DNA of 64,000 nucleotides from Trichoplax adhaerens (taxonomy: Eukaryota; Animalia; Placozoa). The DNA lies in assembly GCF_000150275.1 (NCBI RefSeq), contig NW_002060964.1, forward strand, positions 487,643 to 551,642, read 5' to 3'. Below, in pieces: positions 55,201 to 64,000 of this stretch. Every line of letters begins with the position of its first letter. Position 1 is the first letter of the stretch. Under the pieces are notes generated by a model that was not told where the DNA came from, did no database searches, and worked only from the letters and a program-made list of their open reading frames with translations. Made by a program: the position numbers and the translations under genes.

Positions 55201-57471
55201 TCTAACCGAAATTACATAAATTTGCCGCTTTAAGATTTGCTTATACTATCTTTCATTCTTACACTCGAAGCATCGGAACAGTCACCGCTGCAGCCACAAT
55301 GGCAGGTACACTATAGGCAACCAAAAAATAATTTTGGTAGGTATATTGCCATCGGGTTCCATTCAGTTTGGCTGAGAAATACTGTAATATTCAAGGAAAA
55401 TCGATTGTCAATCCAAGCACTGACCATTAACCTTAACGGATATGTTGATAGAATAGAATCTTACTGGACTGGCAGTCAGAAACATGTTAAATGGTAGCAG
55501 GGTGCACATACCAAGGAACAGAAATAAAAAGTAAACCATATTATACCTAATACAAGAGAATAAATCAAAGCCCATCAATAGAACCATTAACGAAGCAATT
55601 TTCTCAAGCATTTGATTACCATCAAGATTAGCTAATACCGTCATGACTATTAAGCAATTGCTACACTAGCACTTTGTCCTAACATTAGAAAGCTATCCCT
55701 ATTTGTACGCCTAAAAAAACAGAAGCAATAGGCCAAGTACAGTAGATTATACTATACATGCATACTACTGTACAATTAGAAGCTTACTTGTCAATATTAA
55801 CGATATTTACAGTAGAGAAAATTAAATCACCATATCGCCAATGTACTACAGGTAAGAAGCAGTTGAAAGTATTAAAATGGCTCGATCTATTGCACCGAAA
55901 AAGCTACCAATTTGATGTATATCTTGTCTATTTATTAAAAGCATTACATTCAACCCAAGAAATATGTGAGTCATATCATTGCCTACCGTGGTAATTGTGG
56001 TGATGCTTATTTTAGATTTAAAGTTCATCGTTATGAATTCACGGATCAACATTGACCCGAATTCACTTCTATCCATAATTTTGCTATACGCAAACTAGCT
56101 GATTTATCAGTATCTCAGTTTGGCTAATATAACTTCAGGACTATTGGACAACTTACTATCTAAAATCAATCCTTTCTTCATAATAATACCGTATAATATG
56201 GGTAAGGAAGAATTGCAGTAACGGTAGACATGATCCTTACCAAAATACGACGACAAGTGTAGATTCTGTGCGTTCAATTGAATCTCTAAAGACTCTAGTA
56301 AACTGCAAACAATTCTATAAGAGTCAACTATTATTATCAAAGGTTCCATAAACATAAATGATATTCTATTGACGTAAAAGGTAAAAGATTCAAAACATAG
56401 AAACTGTTGCAAAGTGTTTGGCTGTAATAGCGTAAAACGAATCCCATCTGGCAGCAGGATCGCACTGATTTTCTTTTACTTTTGTTACTAAAATCTCAAA
56501 TTAATTTTTCGCCTTCGATCGTAAAGACAAGTACAAGTCGACTCAAACATTCCCTTGTGACATATCAAAGATGCTGCTGAAACGGCTCGACACCTTCATT
56601 ATACGTGTACTAGTCCAAGCAAACATGCCAAGTTTTAACGAAATGAACTCAGATCTTGACCTTCAAATCTTGATTGATTTTGCTAAGAATTGGCAGATAA
56701 GTTGGGACAAATGCATTGAAATGATATATAGCCGTTTCAGTGGCATTTGTGGATATAGCATAGGGAAATACTACAACATCAGTTAAAATTGGAGATGATG
56801 GAATTAAACTCAATGCGTCCGTACAGGTGAATGACAAACATAAGCACTGTGGAATGGGATCACCTAAAGTATCTCAAAAATCTACTCCATACTCCTCGTA
56901 TCGTAGTCGTCATTATCATTCTACTTTGTCACTATATAGCGGCAATGTGGTGGCGAAGATGGAAAAAAGAATTGATGCTCATGTAGACCCATAGAGATAA
57001 ATAGTAAAATGGCCTACTTCAAAACTGGAGTTGATGCAATAAAGCATCCGCAAAAGCGTATTACTACAACACAATCACAGTTGAATCAATCGAAGATTCT
57101 TGCAGATCGACAGCATGCTTTTTGCATCATTACTATCATCATTCTACTCTGCCATTCTATCTTATAGCATGCAACATTGCTGCGATACCGGAGAGCGATG
57201 ATGATGGAAAAGAATTGATGCTAATAACAGTCTATGATGCAACAATCCATTGAGTAGCATCACTCCTTCAGTTAATGAACTGTAAATAAGCGAATCAAGT
57301 CATCTTTGCGACATTGCTTCCAGCCTCCATTTTATCATCATCAACTTACTTATCCTTTGGCGATTCATCTTTGACGTGTTTACTGCTTATTTCCATACGC
57401 TTTACCGACCGATCCAAGCTATCGGTATCTGGTGACCAGGTGCATGTATCACTAGCTAAAGGTCCGTCCAT
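52293..57471 (-). CDS. Equilibrative nucleoside transporter F, canonical ENT1/2/3-like (14 exons, about 469 aa)
   Basis: Exons on the minus strand: 57471-57350, 55546-55465, 55381-55263, 54487-54393, 54215-54165, 54037-53949, 53864-53816, 53706-53609, 53515-53455, 53327-53200, 53073-52959, 52884-52799, 52700-52498, 52404-52293; total 1410 nt. Motifs close to hENT1: SPKDKY, LGMCTLLPFNMFLTA, IYQSSLFGLASLFP, SGQALAG, CFLTFNVADFVGR, SNGY, ESTGAIMA..LILGLGLG. Exon 1 (41 codons) is the least certain. Confidence 0.9.
53313..53398. repeat. Exact 33-bp direct duplication spanning the intron 9/exon 10 junction of gene F
   Basis: gagattcttcttcagctaacaggtatcaaataa at 53313-53345 and 53366-53398; the 20-nt spacer contains a partial third copy (aggtatcaaata). 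Confidence 0.95.
56905..57230 (+). repeat. Imperfect direct duplication in intron 1 of gene F
   Basis: atcattctact.tg.ca.t...gatggaaaa(aa)gaattgatgct near 56915-56980 and 57138-57221. Confidence 0.7.
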
Positions 57472-59209
57472 TGCGATCAATATTCCTCCTTACCAATCTT
57501 CGACAGCAGGAACTTGAGGAAGAAATGCTTGTTGATCTTTCAAGCCATGCGTTATAGCCGGGAAGTACGCTTGGCCCATTTACGTCTAATGGTACAGTAT
57601 CACTGTTTCGGATATTTAGAGCAGTATACTGCCGTTCTTAGGGGCGAGGCTGGAGGACTGATCCAAGCTGGCAATACTACGCATGTCCAGGCTGCGCTTA
57701 GGTTGACTATAGGGAGTCCAATTCGCTACTAAACAAGATAGTAGTTATACTAAGTTGAAGAGGGAAAAGGAGGAATACTAGCCAGTTGAACTCTTAGCAG
57801 AATCGGTCATGGCCGACATGAGCTCGATAGTTGGACTTTTTTGGACACTTTTCTCAATTGGTTTGACGATGATTTGCTTTGCGTACATAGCATGCACTGC
57901 TAGGATTACATATTGAATTGGTGGGCTGCCTGTTTGCTACACAAGTGATACGAATAGCATGCAATCAGGCTGTACGATGAGCAAGTTGCTCATCGATAGG
58001 CCATGGCAGCAATACATAGGAAGCCGATGAAGAGGTGCTTAACATGTTCATCATGAGTTGATGAACATCACTATTACAAGTGTAGACGAATACGAATAAG
58101 TTTAATCCTTCGTCAATTCAACATTATAGTATTAGAGACTAGCCGATGCAGCATAGCTCTGCGTGCGAAAGCTGATTGGTCTATCCGCAATAAAGCTGCG
58201 GGAAGGTGTAGTTTAGTGCGTTGCAGATTGAGCGAGACGAGTACTTGTCGGTTCTTTTGGAAAAATCACAATATAATTGATTTCAGTTTCTATGTAACCT
58301 TAGCTGACTGCAGGCTACAGAGCATAGTGGCATCCAGATGGATGGGCTGTATCGATAAACATGTTAGCTAGAGCAACAACACATTACATATAACACGATG
58401 CAGTCCAAGGTATGCAAAGCATGTTGAAGAAGAAGCTGCGGTTCATAGCATGACAATAGTGCATAGATATCCATTTTAAAGCAGACGTTGTTTAAGAATG
58501 AAGAGAAAAGAAATTTCTATCTGCATACTGATAGACTTGGGAATGAAAGAATAGAAATGCTAAAGTCCGATCAATAATTTTGCACTTCTTCATCTGTGAT
58601 ATTCAAATTTGCTAACATGAAGAGTCTTTCTTCTTGCGCATACGATGGACAACTATGAGAAGTTATCCAAAGTTTCGAAATACGAGTACAGCCTATGGCC
58701 TATGTTGCAATGATCAACATACGCGTAGACTAGCACACTATTTTAGTTCACGATCGGCAATCTCCTGCGAATGATTGCCAACGGTACACAAGCATAGAGG
58801 ATAAAAACAAACCTTAAACATACAATGCTCCCAGATGCAAATTATTCCTGAACTCGTAGCTTATTGCATAGAATAGGCGATACTAACAACCAATCCAGTA
58901 TGCAAATAGCAAGGACGAATTATCAAAACTGTAAGAGTTTATGTTAACCTTTGATGGCACAGCAGGATATGGCTAAAGTACTGTCTCGAATATTCACTGG
59001 TAATGATGATAATTTACAATCATACGGGACTTTTCTTGATGAAAAATCACTTCAAGTTCATTGGCTTGCTTAGAAAGAAAAATAAATCAATTCACATAAT
59101 AAGAAATTGTCGATTTGCACTGAAAACATATACTTCCCAGCAATTCCATATCTTTCATAACACACCGTTTGAACTGCATTGGATTCTTAAAGGTTATGTA
59201 AAATTCATC

Positions 59210-62200
59210 ATGGCACCCAAACTGCTCACAGTTTTACTTATCGTAGGTAATGTAGAATAGCCCTGATCAAATTCAACGGGAAAACATATGAATATCTTTA
59301 TCCAAACAATATCATTTCATAACGATGATTCTACCTAGACCTTGTCTCCATTTTTCTTCTTCAACACTAGAAAAATAGATGAATAAAATCTTATTTCAAA
59401 ACAATCTTTTAAGGCAAGTTCTTTTTTCTAATTCTTTTAGTTTGCGCTTTCCATTTCATCTATGGAAAGAATGCACTATTTAGTAGTAAATCTTGCACAC
59501 AGGGTCCATCTTATTGGTGCCAATCGCTTAAAACAGCTGCTGAATGTGGTGCAAGTTACCATTGTATGGCACAAGTATGGAGCAAAAATACGGTGAGAAA
59601 TAAAACTCAAGGAGTAAAAGGAATAAGGACTCTATGTAATTGGTCCACACTAGATATAACCAAGATAACGCTAGATTAGCAGTCTTTAACGATATCAATT
59701 AAAATAGATTCGCATTATAATTATTCAGTGAATTAAGCAGTATGAACAAGGCGATTTCGTACTCTCTATATCACCAATGATTATAAAAATTAGTAAACAA
59801 ATTGACATATGTAATAATGCTAATTAGTTATCTGGGAATTACAAGCTCGTTCGTTACGTATCGAAGAGATCCTCTGATTTATGATCTTGCATGAGTACAT
59901 AGATCATATTCATGAAAAAAATTCCCAACTTTTATACCGCAAACTAGATGAATTGAATCGAAGAAATACATCTTCAAAATATCTCTCAAAAATATTAATT
60001 TATTTCTACTTGAATCACACGAGATTTAAACAAGATTCTAAACACATCGTAGATACTATCGTGGCTAAAATTAAATGAAAAGTATTGATTGATATTAAAC
60101 GTATTTTACATGCAGGAGAGCTAATTGACCCATTTTAAATTGCTAGTATTTTTTATCATCCTTATTACGTTCTTTTGATTACTAAAGTTATAACATCGAT
60201 ATTCTTTTCCACCAGTGTGAGATTTACTGTCGTAGCAATCCGCTAATTTTAACTTGGTTGCTACAAATTGAAAATATATCCATAGCTTAAATATTGTGAT
60301 TTGTATTCGTTCAAAGGCTTGCCTTAAATGAAGTATATCAAAATTGAAAGTTTTCTAACGAACACGGAGAACGAATTAACCTACTTTAAAAACCACAATG
60401 TTCTATCGCCGACGATACTATTGCTTGATTAATAGAAATTATAGCATTAATTTTTCTTTCCAACAAGCACCAGATTCATTACTGGTCCGTTTGTATTCCC
60501 CTAAACCTAACTTGATTGCCGAAAATTACGTCTATGACCTAAATGCAACGTTGTATTGTAGCCATTTCATAGCTCTTCCGCGGTATCATTGCTTTGATAC
60601 ACCTGTTATGTATTAATACAATTTTGTTGAACTATTTAAGCATCAAAGTATTATATAACACATCGCATCCAACACCTAACTGTATAAGAATATCCGTCTT
60701 ATAGATGCTTTCTCTAAATACATATTGATCTACGTAATACCATATTAGGCAACAGTGCTGTATTTATATTGGACAATAGCACTACTTATTAATTAAATAT
60801 AAATATGCGCCTATATATGGGTGTAGGTCCAATAACTTATCCAACGACTACACAAAGACACATTAATCACATATATGTAGGCTCTAATGACATTATTCAA
60901 TATGATCAGGTACCTTAAATACGATTGCATGAGCAATGGCATAACTAGAAATAACGAAATGCATAGAACACTGTCAATGCGGTATTCTATATAACTGGTT
61001 GATGTTATAGCAATTGTCTTAACATGTATTAAAGTATTAAATTATGTATTCCAATAGTATAAATTTCAGAACAATATTCTTAACCATAGACGAATTTGTT
61101 TAGAATTTTCTTCAACTTAATATAGCAATTTAAAAACAATTATTCGACGTGGAGTGTTATAGCTTACATTAAGAGTAGAGGCTGATACCTACGCTTAACA
61201 ATCTCAACAACATCTGCAATAATTTATTAATTAAAAATACTTTAACCAGTTCATGCTCTAGTGATTTATTTTACTACAATTATTCGTTTCTATCATTAGC
61301 ATGGATTTTGCAGCGATGCATTTTGCGGCATATGTGAAAAGATGGTCGGCGACTATCTCCATTCTGCCAAACTTCAGGTTTCTCTACTTTTTTTTTTTAC
61401 TGCACCTATTGCATTCACAATCTTAAAATAAGAGCAAAAGGCTATATAAATTCGTAATTTCAAAATTGATTTCGTCTCTTAATCCCCTTTTGTAGGGCAA
61501 GTTGAAAGAATTCCTAACAAACTTTTGCAGAAAGGAACCCAAACTTCTGTGCAAAGCGGTATGACATCAAAAAATAATGAATTAATTAAAACCCTAAGCA
61601 GACATTAGATAAATATCGCCATTTATACTAAAGATGATTAATTTTAAAGATTTATTAACCAATTTTATTGCCAGTGCAAGCACATTGCTATTCACGATTT
61701 ATTGTCATTTATAAACCATCAACTCAAAAAAATTGTAAGTACTGTATACCAATTTATCAAAAATAGTCACTGATTAATTTAGGAGGTGATATTCTTTTTA
61801 GGTGTTAATATTTCTATTCCTGTAAATTAAATGTTATAAATTTTATTTCGGTTTATTACCTATGCAAATCTACATAATAGTATTGCCACTATTCGATTCT
61901 GAGTTCCAAAGTTAAAACGAAGCTTAGATAGTATGCTATTTGTCAACAACAAGTAAACCTGAAACTTATAAGAATTGAATTTTCTTTATTACTGATAGTC
62001 TCCGAAGGATATGTGCAAACTATTTGATTTATGTTCAAAAAGTCTAACGGAAAATGAGTTGAAAAATCGATTAGCTCCTAGTATCATCAAGCATGCACTT
62101 AGTGGTCATGACAAGATTCGAGATAACATAGCTCCTGTTAAGGCCAAAGACTTAGAATTTAAGAATAGAATTAATAATATTTTGTCTCCAGGCGCGGTTA

Positions 62201-63924
62201 GAAATATCAACTTACATAGCAATTTAGGAAAAGCAAAAACTGAAGACGCTGTAAGATACTGTTTAATTAAACAACAATTTTCTATATTCCATATTGTTAC
62301 ATTTTCGACAGGGAGATTCAGTTCTATTAATAATCGTCATGATTCCACTCTGTTTTTAATCTTAGACTTCTTTAAGATGTGTAGTTTGTTCTTTTATTGC
62401 TGGCACAATCGATTCTGTGCTGGGAAATAAAGACATAGAGGTAAATTGCAATAGATATACTAACTTCTTCCGATTGCCTTTGGTTAATATTGATAATCAA
62501 ATAAGGATAGTAAACTTAATTCATTATAATTAGTAGCCATAAACTGGAGGTATTAAACAATGCTATGATCAATTACCTGTAAGCCAATTTTACTATCTTA
62601 AAGTATAAGTTTACTTTGATCATTATAGTACAGCGTTATGCATGAAATCGATCACTTTTGCACCTATATGCCTTTCGATATGAGTAAAGAGGTAAGATAT
62701 TACCTAATTAACTACTGCATAAAAAATTGCTTATAAAGATTAAAAATTCTCTGCCCAGCTGATCGATTATACTTGCGTTTATCGCTATACTTATTACATT
62801 TTTTCAGTGCTACAGCCTTGTCAACAAATTTGAACCTCCAATTTTGCAAGCATTATTACAGTATTTATCAGCTAAGGATGTTTGTTCTTATTACGTTCAT
62901 GCTTGTTCCCAATCCAAGCTCGATCGTGATACCACCGGTAAGTACCTATCATCTCAAAGATACGTTTTTTAGTATTTTTGAAAATTGAAACGATCTACGT
63001 TTTGCAATATAAAAGTTATAAAGCACAAAAACTTAACATTGACAGGATTTAATTTCATACTGACACGATATACTAGGAATGCGAATTATCGCTCCAACTC
63101 AGCTTGCATCTGGCTATTGCGTGTTCTGTGAAATAGCTGTTCGAATTATAGAAAAACTTCTTACAATAAATAAAAGTGAGGTTAGAATTTGATCTGATTG
63201 AAAAGATTAATGGTCGAAATAGCAGTAAACATAACACATTGAATGCAATGGCTAGAGATATTCACGATCATTATACCAATATAAAACGACAATCTATATT
63301 TCTTTGTAAACCAGAGGTATATTATCGGATTTTGGAATAAAATGTGCTATATAGTAGTTCCTACTGGAATTTTACGATATGAAGTAAGTTAGATCCAAGT
63401 CATCGTAGATTTCATAGTAGTCGAATGTTTCATGATTGACTTCAATTATTAACCAACAATCATAAATTTTAGTGCCAGTCACTTCTAGGAAAACTTGAGA
63501 TGATTATTCACCAACTTAACAATAATATTGCTCCATCTAAAGTCTGCCAGGTATAAGCTATCCCTACTTAATCAATATCTCTCCAATTGCTCTACGCATC
63601 AAACAGCAATCTCTGCAGCTCTCTGTTTGATTTTAATTTATGCTTAGTTAATGCGTGCATGTGAAAAGTCTGCAATGGCTCCAAAGAAGTTGGATTTATG
63701 TCGTTTTGGGCCTAAGTTTTGGTGCAGCAGCGATGTAACAGCTTCCATGTGCAAGGTAAAAAAAATTATGATACTTTAGCGACTAAACTTGATCTTTCTG
63801 AAATACTAGATAAACAGCTAAAAGTAATTAACTATTATGATCATACGTAACCAAAAAGTAAAAATATGAAAATTAACAATTGCAGAAACAACATTACTGC
63901 CGAATGGAATATAACGTTAACTAA
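59210..63924 (+). CDS. PSAP: Prosaposin-like protein (signal peptide, SapA, 3 x SapB, SapA; 14 exons, about 435 aa)
   Basis: Exons 59210-59246, 59441-59592, 61300-61377, 61496-61558, 61675-61734, 61999-62250, 62366-62440, 62629-62691, 62808-62937, 63077-63180, 63315-63383, 63473-63550, 63648-63755, 63886-63924; total 1308 nt in frame. Signal peptide MAPKLLTVLLIVVCAF; SapA CTQGPSYWCQSLKTAAECGASYHCMAQVW; SapB domains CGICEKMV...PKDMCKLFDLC, CVVCSFIA...AKDVCSYYVHAC and CVFCEIAV...PSKVCQLMRAC; C-terminal SapA CRFGPKFWCSSDVTASMCKKQHYC. Orthology to PSAP is by architecture only. Confidence 0.9.
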
Positions 63925-64000
63925 AATATCATTTCTACCTGTGATGAATAAGGTCTCCATTTTGGGGCCTATTATTTCAGTATATGTAATATCTAACTTA

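Noticed and set aside
55788-56076. Alternative first exon for gene F (ORF 55846-56076, or a mini-exon ending IDK at 55788)
   Set aside because: No in-frame ATG or phase-compatible upstream donor found; exon 57471-57350 gives ATG...SPKDK|Y with a strong gtaagt donor and matches the ENT P-x-D-[RK]-Y motif.
58195-58214. ZNF143/Staf-like ACTACA...TCCC motif on the minus strand
   Set aside because: The spacer is 3 nt rather than 2 and the downstream half does not match; too weak to call.
59551-59556. Possible GC donor (GGT|gcaagt) in the N-terminal SapA exon
   Set aside because: Reading through gives CGASYHCMAQVW, matching the prosaposin SapA pattern, and a normal gtgag donor follows at 59593.
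857-62988. Short 60-100 aa ORFs as independent genes
   Set aside because: They are either ENT or saposin exons read into introns (e.g. 34649, 42847, 46882, 47843, 53576, 55408, 62011), antisense or off-frame shadows, or chance ORFs in AT-rich DNA with no recognisable motif.
1-64000. CRISPR arrays, tRNA or rRNA genes, transposase or reverse transcriptase coding sequence
   Set aside because: No regular repeat-spacer pattern, cloverleaf, rRNA-like segment or transposon protein motif recognised by eye; small ncRNAs cannot be excluded without an Infernal/Rfam scan.

Overview
AT-rich, intron-dense eukaryotic (animal) genomic DNA with five N gaps. The composition and gene structure suggest an early-branching metazoan such as a placozoan (inference only). 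The six-frame ORF track is mostly uninformative because the genes have short exons; I rebuilt them by hand from GT-AG junctions and exon phases. Positions 1-57.5 kb hold a cluster of equilibrative nucleoside transporter (ENT/SLC29) genes sharing a 14-exon structure. On the + strand are the last exon of gene A, complete genes B, D and E, gene C (interrupted by gaps) and a 3' pseudogene D'. A more canonical ENT (gene F) lies on the - strand, convergent with the array. Divergent from F, at 59.2-63.9 kb, is a complete prosaposin-like gene (signal peptide, SapA, 3 x SapB, SapA). Main observation: the tandem + strand ENTs share replacements at residues conserved in ENTs and lining the nucleoside pocket (hENT1 W29, N30, N338, N407, including Asn-to-His twice), while F keeps N30, N338, D341, R345 and N407. 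This points to a derived, expanded ENT subfamily that may have changed substrate or pH dependence. The cluster also shows a duplicated splice acceptor with a built-in stop, a truncated copy of exon 2, an intact spare terminal exon in the pseudogene, an inversion, and a shifted start codon.
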